A DNA stretch of 64,000 nt from assembly GCA_001774495.1 (NCBI GenBank), contig MFAE01000014.1:10573-74572 (forward strand). The letters are read 5' to 3'. A program made the translations under genes and the position numbers. The stretch comes from Candidatus Campbellbacteria bacterium RIFOXYC2_FULL_35_25 (GTDB lineage: Bacteria; Patescibacteriota; Minisyncoccia; Phycocordibacterales; UBA12079). Shown in pieces: positions 45,503 through 54,011 of this stretch (positions are counted from its first letter, which is position 1; each line of letters begins with the position of its first letter). The notes beneath the pieces were generated by a model. It made no database searches. It was not told the DNA's origin and worked only from the letters and a program-made list of their open reading frames with translations.

Positions 45503-46030
45503 ATGGAAAAAATCATTTATATCATTCCAGGATTGGGAGAAAATTGTAATTTGTTAAGATATAAAAAGTTAGCAGAGGCTTTACAATTTAGTGGTTACAA
45601 AGTGAATTGTGTTAACCCTGATTGGTACATGCCTATTTCTGGACAAGTTTTCAAAATCGAAAAAGAAGCTATTTTGCTCGGTTTTTCTTTCGGTGCCATT
45701 CTCGCTTACCTTGTTGCACAAAAATATCCTTGTAAAAAGGTTATTTTTGCTTCTATGTCACCAATACAGAAGTTTTCTTTTAAAGAACTCGAAAAAGATT
45801 TTAGGAGAGATATTGCCCCTAAGTTAGGAAAAAAGCTTGCTAAGGAAAGAGGGACTGAGTTGGCCAGAGATATAAAAAATATAAAAATTTCCTTGAAGGA
45901 ATTACAGACACCTTTTATTACATTAGTAGGAGAAAAAGAAGAGGAAATGATGCCCGCTGATTTTATTGTTCCACAAACAGGACATATTATGACGAATAGG
46001 TATATAAAATGTATTCAAAAATTAGTTTAA
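45503..46030 (+). CDS. Small alpha/beta hydrolase, paralog 3
   Basis: IYIIPGLGEN and GFSFGA. Confidence 0.5.
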   Translation: MEKIIYIIPGLGENCNLLRYKKLAEALQFSGYKVNCVNPDWYMPISGQVFKIEKEAILLGFSFGAILAYLVAQKYPCKKVIFASMSPIQKFSFKELEKDFRRDIAPKLGKKLAKERGTELARDIKNIKISLKELQTPFITLVGEKEEEMMPADFIVPQTGHIMTNRYIKCIQKLV

Positions 46031-46060
46031 ATTTTATCAAATAATTTTAAAATAAACCCA

Positions 46061-46549
46061 ATGACTAAATTTTATATTATCCCTGGACTGGGGGAAAAGA
46101 GAGAAAACTATCGGTGGCTAATATCAGAGGCAAAAAAGAAATATGATGTAGAATTTCTTAATTTACAACTAAAAAATAATTCTTTTTTAAAACTCACTCA
46201 AACAAAAATAGAACCAAATTCAGTAGTGTTTGGTTTTTCTGTGGGTGCACTTATCGCATATAAATTAAAAACTTATATACAGAAAGGAATTTATTGCTCA
46301 ATGTCTGATTTTTTGGGCAGTGATAGCAAGAAAGTGTTTAAAGATTTGGTTGATTTTTTTGGTGAAGAAACTGCTAATGAATTAAAAAAATTGAGGTATG
46401 GAAAACCAAAAGCAAAAGAAGTTTTTTTGTTTTGTGGAGATAGAGAGATGAGTGAAAGGATGAATAAGATCGGTGGTGTTAAAATTATTAAAAACACAGA
46501 ACACAAATTTACAAAGAACTATAAAAAAGCTGTTCTAGATGTTATTTGA
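46061..46549 (+). CDS. Small alpha/beta hydrolase, paralog 4
   Basis: FYIIPGLGEK and GFSVGA. Confidence 0.5.
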   Translation: MTKFYIIPGLGEKRENYRWLISEAKKKYDVEFLNLQLKNNSFLKLTQTKIEPNSVVFGFSVGALIAYKLKTYIQKGIYCSMSDFLGSDSKKVFKDLVDFFGEETANELKKLRYGKPKAKEVFLFCGDREMSERMNKIGGVKIIKNTEHKFTKNYKKAVLDVI

Positions 46550-46781
46550 ATTAAGAAAAAATAAATAAAAATTGTTTTTAAATTATAACATTATAATTTA
46601 AAAAACTAAAAAAAAGCAGGGGATTAGGGGTTATTTGGTTTCTAACTCCCAAAAACTGTTGTTGGTTTAGATTTCCTTTTATTTTAAAAAATTTCGGTTG
46701 GGGTGGGGTTATTGACTTTTCGCTTATAAAAGAGCATTTTCTAATTAGGTTGAACCTTTAATAATAGAGAGGAGGTTGGTG

Positions 46782-47423
46782 ATGTCACTAAAGGGAATAT
46801 TCATTGTAAGACATGCTGAGTCAGATGAAGATATTAATCCTAATTTAAATGGCGAAGTGGTAGACTCGGAGATATCTATCACCACGCTTGGTCAAAAGCA
46901 GGCTTTCGAAATAAAATCTCAACTCCAAAAAATCCTTCCAGTATTCAGAGGGTTGAGGGTTATTGTCTCTACGTCGAATCGAGCAATTGAAACAGCTAGA
47001 ATTTTAACTGAAGGATTTGTTGATGAGGGGAATAAGTATTATTCTTTCGAAAATTCGATACGGAACCTTAATTGGGGAGATGTTAATCAAACTAATGTTA
47101 GACAGATAGAAAAGGAGAGATATGAAGTGGGAGTTTTATTCTATAGTTTCCTTGGTGGGGACCATACTCCTGAGTATGTGAAAAACATCCAGTCTTTTAC
47201 CGACAGATGTCTAAAGGAAGGTTTGCAATCCAATCATCCAGAAGCATTACTGATTGTTGCTCATGGTTTTTCCATGAGAGTCATTGTGAAATGCTTTCTA
47301 GGTATGAGCGATGATGAATTCAAATGGCTAGCAAATCCCCACAACTGTTTTATTGTAAATCTTGCAGTGGATGGTGAACACATTAACCTTAAGACAAAGA
47401 TGCCTATCTATAAAGCAAGATAA
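46782..47423 (+). CDS. Histidine phosphatase superfamily (phosphoglycerate-mutase-like) protein
   Basis: IVRHAES (RHG-type) motif; preceded by the G-rich box ggttggggtggggttaTTGACT and SD gagaggagg. Confidence 0.65.
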   Translation: MSLKGIFIVRHAESDEDINPNLNGEVVDSEISITTLGQKQAFEIKSQLQKILPVFRGLRVIVSTSNRAIETARILTEGFVDEGNKYYSFENSIRNLNWGDVNQTNVRQIEKERYEVGVLFYSFLGGDHTPEYVKNIQSFTDRCLKEGLQSNHPEALLIVAHGFSMRVIVKCFLGMSDDEFKWLANPHNCFIVNLAVDGEHINLKTKMPIYKAR

Positions 47424-47484
47424 ATAATGGCGAAAAGCCTGTCTCTGGTTTCATTTAGAGCAGGCTTTTGTTATAATAATTTGT

Positions 47485-48015
47485 ATGAATAAATTAGATT
47501 TAGTACTTACAGACTTGTTAATATTTCCCACAAAAGAATATCCTAATCCAGAAAAATACGAAGAAAGAGTAACAGTAAAAGCGATTGTTGAGAACGGAGA
47601 AGGTAAAATTGCATTTGTTACAAATCCAGTACATGGATTTTATATTTTGCCTGGGGGTGGTGCCGAGTCAGACAATTTGATTGAAGAGGTTAAAAGAGAA
47701 TGTGATGAAGAAATAAATTGGGAAGTTGCTGAAGTTGCTGAAGTTGCAAGCATAGAAGAGTTTAGAAATAGAAATGCTAAACATTACATGACATATTGTT
47801 ATAGTGCAAAACCTACTAAAGAACTTCCTAGTGACACAAGAACTGATGACGAAAAAGAAAATGGACTTGAGGTTGTTTGGTTAGAAAAAAATGAGGCTAT
47901 TAAAAAATTATTGTCACAGACAGAATCTCTTAAAAGAGGTGAGGTAGAATTTTATAATACAGGATTTAACATACTTAGAGATTGCATGTTTCTACAGAAG
48001 TACTTAGATAATTAA
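47485..48015 (+). CDS. NUDIX hydrolase
   Basis: Nudix box GGGAESDNLIEEVKRECDEEI. Confidence 0.7.
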   Translation: MNKLDLVLTDLLIFPTKEYPNPEKYEERVTVKAIVENGEGKIAFVTNPVHGFYILPGGGAESDNLIEEVKRECDEEINWEVAEVAEVASIEEFRNRNAKHYMTYCYSAKPTKELPSDTRTDDEKENGLEVVWLEKNEAIKKLLSQTESLKRGEVEFYNTGFNILRDCMFLQKYLDN

Positions 48016-48016
48016 T

Positions 48017-49033
48017 TTATTTTTTGATAAAGTCTATAATAGTTTTAGTGACCTCTCTCTCTAAGTCTGGTTTTTCGTAAACTCTTTTCCAAGAGCTGTT
48101 GTTTTGTTTGTAGTGAAAGCTAGATTTTTCTAGAGTATATTGCCCTAGACATAAACATTGGAATTCAAATAAGTAAAACTTGCCATCTCTATAGCCAATA
48201 TCTAAAGACATAAACGGGGTGTTAAATTTCTCATATATTTTCTTTGAATAGTCCAACAAACCTTTTGGTGGAGTTATTTCAAAATTTAATTTACCACTCC
48301 CACTAGCTCTGAAATCATCTTTTCTATTTTCTCTGTACACACAGTAATATTTATCTCCATAGGCTAAAATCCTATAATCACCTTTTAAATCTGGTATAAA
48401 ATTTTGAATAATAAATTTACATCGATTATTAGACATAGGAGTGTATCTTCTACCTGTTTTAATTTTGGAGACCCACAATTTAAAATTTTCAAAAGTAAAA
48501 GACCTCGATATTTTATGGGCATATTTTCTCTTTTTTGATTGAGTATTTAGAAGTTCGATATTAGAACTTCTTGTTCCAGATCCAGGTTTAATTATTGTTA
48601 ATTTATTGGATTTGAATAGGTCACTTTTAGAATATTCTTCAAAGGTACCAAAACCTCGTGATTGTATATTTTTAATTTCATCAATATTCATAGAATCGCG
48701 AAGTATCTCCATAAAAACCTTGTTATGATGTGCTCTAAAATATGGAAAATTTGGAATAAGTTTTGCACCCTGTAATTCTAGAGCTAATACAATATCTTCT
48801 ATGTAACTTTTATATAGTAGATTAGGATCTTCTGACGATTGGTATAGTACCCATTCATTAGTGTAATTCTCTGTTCGGAAGTTTATTTCATGGAAATTTT
48901 TAATAATTAGGTCAAAACCAGCTTTTTTGAAATTAGCTTTAAGTTTATTAATATCTATACAAGCACCACGATATCGAGTTGAGAAATAAAACTGATCTCG
49001 GTAGTCTATTAGTAAGTAAATTTTATTATTCAT
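48017..49033 (-). CDS. ATP-grasp fold ligase-like protein
   Basis: LTIIKPGSGTRSSNIEL, FIIQNFIPDLKGDYRILAYGDKYYCV, FMSLDIGYRDGKFYLFEFQ. Confidence 0.45.
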   Translation of the reverse strand: MNNKIYLLIDYRDQFYFSTRYRGACIDINKLKANFKKAGFDLIIKNFHEINFRTENYTNEWVLYQSSEDPNLLYKSYIEDIVLALELQGAKLIPNFPYFRAHHNKVFMEILRDSMNIDEIKNIQSRGFGTFEEYSKSDLFKSNKLTIIKPGSGTRSSNIELLNTQSKKRKYAHKISRSFTFENFKLWVSKIKTGRRYTPMSNNRCKFIIQNFIPDLKGDYRILAYGDKYYCVYRENRKDDFRASGSGKLNFEITPPKGLLDYSKKIYEKFNTPFMSLDIGYRDGKFYLFEFQCLCLGQYTLEKSSFHYKQNNSSWKRVYEKPDLEREVTKTIIDFIKK

Positions 49034-49069
49034 ATGAATAATAAAACTTTACCCATAATAAAGCTCTTT

Positions 49070-49171
49070 GTCTAGTAAAATCGTTGACAGATTAAGCAAC
49101 TTTGTTACTATTAAGTTGATAGCTCTTAGGTAGTTTGTCTGTAATCTTTTGAAAGAAAGGAGGTGGTAAGA
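49070..49171 (+). promoter_or_regulatory. Promoter/leader cassette P2 (TTGACA, conserved leader, AGGAGGTGGTAA)
   Basis: tcgTTGACAgattaagcaactttgttactattaagttgatagctcttaggtagtttgtctgtaatcttttg..aggaggtggtaag. Confidence 0.55.
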
Positions 49172-49240
49172 ATGTCTGGTAACGGTGGAAACCATCAAGG
49201 TGGTGGAACTGGAGGGGGCGGCGGCGGCCGGAAGCAGTAA
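49172..49240 (+). CDS. 22-aa glycine-rich peptide MSGNGGNHQGGGTGGGGGGRKQ
   Basis: ATG 7 nt after the cassette SD; hairpin and T-run downstream; C39-like peptidase gene follows. Confidence 0.35.
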   Translation: MSGNGGNHQGGGTGGGGGGRKQ

Positions 49241-49298
49241 CCTTCGGTTTTTTCTAAAAGGGGTGGCTGTTGCCACTCCCTTTTTATATAATAAAGAC

Positions 49299-49940
49299 AT
49301 GAAAAAAATACCATTTTATTCTAATTTAAAAGATAATAATCATTGCATCCAAGCTTGTTTGAAGATGGTTATTAAGTATTACTTTCCAGCAAAAAATTAC
49401 TCTTTTAAAGAGTTAGACAAAATGTCAAAACATAAAAAAGGAATGTGGACTTGGCAGGGAGCTTCTTTGCTCGCTCTCGCAGATATGGGTCTTGAAGTTG
49501 TAAATATTGAAAATATAGATTACAAAAAATTTGCTGAGCAGGGGGAAATGTATTTACAAAATATTTGGAGTGAAGAGGTTTTTGCAACACAAGATAAATA
49601 TTCAGATTTAAAGCAAGAAAAGAAAATTGCACAAAAAATGGTTGAGAGTAAAAAAATGAAATTGGCAAATAGGGATGCAAAATTTTCTGATGTTGAGGGT
49701 TATTTTGCCAAGGATTATTTGGTTTTAGTTTCTGTGAATCCTTGTGTTTTTGAAAATAAAAAGTGTTATTGGAGTCACATTGTTTTAATTACCGATATAA
49801 ATGACCGCTGGGTCACATTTCATGATGTCGGTTTACCTCCTGTCGAAAATAGAAAAATCAGTAGAAAAATTTTTGAAAAAGCGATGACTAAACCTTGGAA
49901 AGAGGACACTAATGTCATTGCTTTAAAATATGAAAAATAA
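49299..49940 (+). CDS. Papain-like cysteine peptidase, C39-like (bacteriocin-processing type) domain protein
   Basis: NNHCIQACLKMVIKYY (Cys nucleophile context) and HIVLITDINDRWVTFHDVG (His context); tool start at 49185 lies upstream of the likely ATG at 49299. Confidence 0.45.
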   Translation: MKKIPFYSNLKDNNHCIQACLKMVIKYYFPAKNYSFKELDKMSKHKKGMWTWQGASLLALADMGLEVVNIENIDYKKFAEQGEMYLQNIWSEEVFATQDKYSDLKQEKKIAQKMVESKKMKLANRDAKFSDVEGYFAKDYLVLVSVNPCVFENKKCYWSHIVLITDINDRWVTFHDVGLPPVENRKISRKIFEKAMTKPWKEDTNVIALKYEK

Positions 49941-49982
49941 AAACTGTTGTTGGTTTAGATTTTTTTTATTTTAATTATATTT

Positions 49983-50110
49983 AAAAAATGTTTAGCTAGG
50001 GTGGGTGATTATGCAAAACCGTTGACATACAGGTCTGTTCTGTTACCATTAAGTCGATAGTTCTTGGGCAGTTTTCTTTAATCTCTTGTGAAGAAAAGGA
50101 GGTGGTAATA
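49983..50110 (+). promoter_or_regulatory. Promoter/leader cassette P3 (G-rich box, TTGACA-16-TACCAT, leader, SD)
   Basis: tgtttagctagggtgggtgatt..ccgTTGACAtacaggtctgttctgtTACCATtaagtcgatagttcttgggcag..aaggaggtggtaa. Confidence 0.6.
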
Positions 50111-50302
50111 GTGGGTTGGTTTACTGGAAACAGTGACGATGGATCAAAGGTGAAGGTTACGGATTCTGGGGATACTCACAAGACGGAAAAGATATCTTCC
50201 TCTGACCGTCCTCATTCTCATGACATCGTGAAGATTGATAAGCCCTCAGGATCTGTGAAGGAAATAAGTATTGGGCCTAATGCTTCACGAAGAGGCAAGT
50301 AA
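50111..50302 (+). CDS. 63-aa hydrophilic small protein (GTG start)
   Basis: Driven by cassette P3; hairpin terminator gacacagccctcacggctgtgtt. Confidence 0.35.
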   Translation: MGWFTGNSDDGSKVKVTDSGDTHKTEKISSSDRPHSHDIVKIDKPSGSVKEISIGPNASRRGK

Positions 50303-50410
50303 GCTTTTTATGTGGCAAGACACAGCCCTCACGGCTGTGTTTCATTTTATATTTATTCTATAATATAAAATGTAAGAAATTTAATTTTTTAGTAATATTT
50401 ATATAAATAA

Positions 50411-51637
50411 ATGAAAGCCCCATTCCAAAAAAAAGACAATGACTTATATGTCGTTAATTTCCCTCAAAAAACCAAGGATATTTTTTTTGATATTTATCTG
50501 AGAACTGGTTATTCTGAAGAATCAAATAATGAGTTTGGTATTGGCCATTTGCTAGAACATTATTTGGTAGAATCTCTAACTGATAATATGAAATTTGTTA
50601 ATGGTTCTACTGGACAAGATTTTACCAATTATTATTTACAGTCAGATTCTAAAAGAATAGTAAAAGATGTTAAAATTTTTTTGAATACTATTTTAAATTC
50701 AAATTTTAGCGACGAGAAATTATTTAAAAGAGAAAAAGAAGTAATTGAAAATGAAATTCGCAACAAAAAAAATATTAAAGAAGAATCTCTTAATTTTATT
50801 TTAAAAAAATTTTTTGGTAGTAATTTCCCCTACGCTAGAGAAAAAGTAAATCAAATTTCAAATATTAAAAAATTCAAATTTGGCGATATTAAGAAACACC
50901 ATAATAAGATTTTTTGTAGCGGAAATATTTTTTTTGTTCTTTCTGGTTTTAATATTGATGGGAAAATGGAAAATAATATTTTAAATATTATTAAAGAACA
51001 TAAACTTGCTAAAATTAAAAAAAATAAAAGAATAGAGTATTCTTTTTCGGGGGAAAAGTTTGTTAAAAACTCAAAATATTACTGGAATGACGAATTGATA
51101 GTTAATGTTTCTTTTGATTTTTCGAAGAAAATTAGAAAAAATACAAAAAACATAAAAGCTATAAACATGCTTAGAAAATATTTTGAAGATTTAGATTTTT
51201 ATTGTGCAAAAAATATGAGAGATTTGGGGATCTACTCTAGTTCTTTCGAATGGATGATTTGGGATAACGCGGGAATAGTTATTTTGTCTTCTATGTTAAA
51301 TGGAGGGAAGGCGAATATTATTTTGGGAGAGTTTTTAAAATTTTTAGAAAAAGTTAAAAAAGATGGAATTTCAAATGGCGATTTAGTCAAATTGAGGAGA
51401 AAAGAAAAAGAGGGGCTTACCAAAGCCTTCGGGAATAATGCAAGAAGATTAAGTTGGGTTGTAAATGATTTGCTCTCCTATGGCGATGTGACTTTATTAA
51501 AAGATGATATTAAAGAATTAAAGAGTATTGATTCCAATTATATAAAAAAAATTGCTAAAAAACTTTTTGATTTTGATAAGATGAATATAACTATCTTAGG
51601 AAAGGATGCTGGAAAGACTAAAATTAAACTGGACTAA
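50411..51637 (+). CDS. M16-family zinc peptidase
   Basis: HLLEH (HxxEH). Confidence 0.6.
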   Translation: MKAPFQKKDNDLYVVNFPQKTKDIFFDIYLRTGYSEESNNEFGIGHLLEHYLVESLTDNMKFVNGSTGQDFTNYYLQSDSKRIVKDVKIFLNTILNSNFSDEKLFKREKEVIENEIRNKKNIKEESLNFILKKFFGSNFPYAREKVNQISNIKKFKFGDIKKHHNKIFCSGNIFFVLSGFNIDGKMENNILNIIKEHKLAKIKKNKRIEYSFSGEKFVKNSKYYWNDELIVNVSFDFSKKIRKNTKNIKAINMLRKYFEDLDFYCAKNMRDLGIYSSSFEWMIWDNAGIVILSSMLNGGKANIILGEFLKFLEKVKKDGISNGDLVKLRRKEKEGLTKAFGNNARRLSWVVNDLLSYGDVTLLKDDIKELKSIDSNYIKKIAKKLFDFDKMNITILGKDAGKTKIKLD

Positions 51638-51654
51638 ATAATTTTAATTATATT

Positions 51655-51796
51655 TTTAAAAATGCTTGGTTGGAGTGGGGTATTAAAGAGAAAACCGTTG
51701 ACACAAGTAGTCGTTTTGTTATTATTAATGGGATAGTACTTTGTTTTTCGGTTCTAATTTTACAATTGGATATTTCCAAAAAAGGAGGTGGTGATC
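51655..51796 (+). promoter_or_regulatory. Promoter/leader cassette P4 (G-rich box, TTGACA, longer leader, SD aaggaggtggtga)
   Basis: tgcttggttggagtggggtattaaagagaaaaccgTTGACAcaagtag... Confidence 0.55.
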
Positions 51797-51959
51797 TGTG
51801 AATATCCCCGAAATAATGGTAACGGGTATTAACCCAGGTAAAAAACCCACTGGCTTTTATCTTGATGTTTCGCAAGGTTATAATGAATGTGAAAATGATA
51901 ATTGCGGTGGCGGTTTTGGGGATTGCTCTGATTGTGGAGCTGATCCAGATCCAAACTAA
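51797..51959 (+). pseudogene. Cysteine-rich small peptide gene with an apparent frameshift at the A-run at 51899-51901. The GTG-initiated frame stops at 51929-51931; the Cys-rich end (NCGGGFGDCSDCGADPDPN) is in the adjacent frame.
   Basis: Removing one A from gataaattgc would give the continuous 53-aa product NIPEIMVTGINPGKKPTGFYLDVSQGYNECENDNCGGGFGDCSDCGADPDPN; a sequencing error or a genuine frameshift. Confidence 0.3.
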
Positions 51960-52072
51960 TTATCAAATTGTTTTTAAGCACCTTATCCCTGATACAATTG
52001 GGGATGAGGTGTTTTTTGTGGTAATATACTTAATAATATAATGTCTAAAGTTAATAATTTTTAAATAAAAAT

Positions 52073-52696
52073 ATGAAATTTAATATATATTATTCCATTG
52101 ATTTTGATGTTGATCGGGTCTTAGAAACTATAAATAAATTTGAATGGTTTAAATCCAATAATTATAGTGTAATTTTACCTAAATACCTTGATTTATCTGA
52201 TATAAAAAAAATAACAAAAGAGGATGTCAAAAAAGTAATACTAAAAGAATATAACGAGCAAGATTATTTAAAACAAAAAGAGTATTTAGAAAATAATTTA
52301 GAAAAGTTGATATTAAATGAAAATATTGAAGAAAAAATTAAAAGCACAACCCTTGTTTTATCAAAAGACTATAATATCTATTTTACAAAATATGGTGTTG
52401 GTGGGAGTTACCATTTGCCAAATAAAATAGTAATAAACATAAATCGTTGTTTCGAATTTGGTTTACTTAGGACGATAATTCATGAAATTATTCATCTCTC
52501 AATCCAGCTTTTTGTTGAAAAATATAATATTAATCATTGGACAAAAGAAAGATTGGTTGATTTGTTATTTGATAAATTTGCTCCCAAAATAAATAAAATT
52601 CAAACGATTTCTATTGATACAAATTTAATTGATGAAAGTTTTGAAAAAAATTATCCAAATGTAGAAAAAATAATAAGTGAGATAAGAGAAAAATAG
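52073..52696 (+). CDS. HExxH motif protein (putative metallopeptidase)
   Basis: RTIIHEIIHLSIQ. Confidence 0.4.
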   Translation: MKFNIYYSIDFDVDRVLETINKFEWFKSNNYSVILPKYLDLSDIKKITKEDVKKVILKEYNEQDYLKQKEYLENNLEKLILNENIEEKIKSTTLVLSKDYNIYFTKYGVGGSYHLPNKIVININRCFEFGLLRTIIHEIIHLSIQLFVEKYNINHWTKERLVDLLFDKFAPKINKIQTISIDTNLIDESFEKNYPNVEKIISEIREK

Positions 52697-52861
52697 TATT
52701 GTTCGGTGAAATTTATTTTTTTTAACTCTTTCCTTGACTCTTATTAGTGTTTTTTGATATCCTTTTCTAGGAGGTATGGTGATGTTTATATTTTAGTTCT
52801 TTAAAATAAAACTCATTAATTAAGCAATATACAAAGATTTACAGACAAAAGGAGATAAGCA

Positions 52862-53908
52862 ATGACTGCTATAAGAAAAGTAGATCAAAACAATGAAATT
52901 ATTCCCCGCTCCGCTTGGATAACAGTTAATCGTGCTTGCAATTTTCGTTGTAGCGGATGCTATGCTAAAAATACAGGGTATGGTTTAAAGCAAAGCATGA
53001 GTTTTGAACTTTCAAAAAAGATCGCAAACCTTGTTTCATCGTTAGGGATTTCAAGAATTACAATAATTGGAGGAGAACCTACTTTATGGAATAATTTATC
53101 TAATTTCAATAAATTTTGTATAGATAAAGGTTTGCAAACTAGAATTGTTACAAATGCAATGAGATTTGGAGATGATAATTTTTGGTTAGATTATACAAAA
53201 AGCCCAAATACAAGAGCCGGAGTATCTATAAAAGCTTTTGATAAGAAAAGCTTAAAGGATATTACGGGAATTGATTCATTTGAATTTGTTAAAAAAGGTT
53301 TGCAGAGAGCTATTTCACATTTTAAATGTGGGGTTAGCACTGTTTATTCTACAACTTCGGCTAGTCATATACTTAATATTACTAAATTCGCTATGGATTG
53401 TGGGGCAAAAAGTATAAGTATAAGCCCTTGTACGCCAAGATTTTGTAATGGAAAAGTAGACGGCGCTTATGTTGTAGAGCCAGTAGCAATGACAAAACAT
53501 CTTATTAAAATCTATCCAAAACTTGTTGAGATCACTAATGGTAATATTGTATTTTTAATGAAATTACCTCTGTGTTTGTGGCCGGATGATTTTGTTAAAA
53601 ATCTAATAGAGGAAAATCAAATTAACACTATTTGCCAATTACAACATAGGAGTGGCATTATTTTTGATGTTGATGGAAAACTTATGTTATGTAATAGTCT
53701 TTTCGATTACCCTGTTGGTAAATATGGGGTTGATTTTTTTAACAAAAAATCGTTAATTGCTTTATTAAACAACCGGAAGACTCTTGATGTTTATGATAGG
53801 TTAACATCTTATCCATCAAAAAAATGTATGAATTGTAATCGTTACGATGTTTGTGCCGGTGGATGTCCTTTATTTTGGGCTCTTTTTGACCCAGAAAGTT
53901 TAATTTAA
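52862..53908 (+). CDS. Radical SAM enzyme with C-terminal SPASM-like cysteine cluster
   Basis: CNFRCSGCY, IIGGEPTL, C-terminal CMNCNRYDVCAGGCP. Confidence 0.75.
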   Translation: MTAIRKVDQNNEIIPRSAWITVNRACNFRCSGCYAKNTGYGLKQSMSFELSKKIANLVSSLGISRITIIGGEPTLWNNLSNFNKFCIDKGLQTRIVTNAMRFGDDNFWLDYTKSPNTRAGVSIKAFDKKSLKDITGIDSFEFVKKGLQRAISHFKCGVSTVYSTTSASHILNITKFAMDCGAKSISISPCTPRFCNGKVDGAYVVEPVAMTKHLIKIYPKLVEITNGNIVFLMKLPLCLWPDDFVKNLIEENQINTICQLQHRSGIIFDVDGKLMLCNSLFDYPVGKYGVDFFNKKSLIALLNNRKTLDVYDRLTSYPSKKCMNCNRYDVCAGGCPLFWALFDPESLI

Positions 53909-54011
53909 TTTTTTTAACACGAAAAAATTACTGATCAAAAATAAAGAAGGGTGGCTTTTGCTACCCTTCTTATTTTTTATACATTTTTATGTATAATATA
54001 CTCACAAAAAC

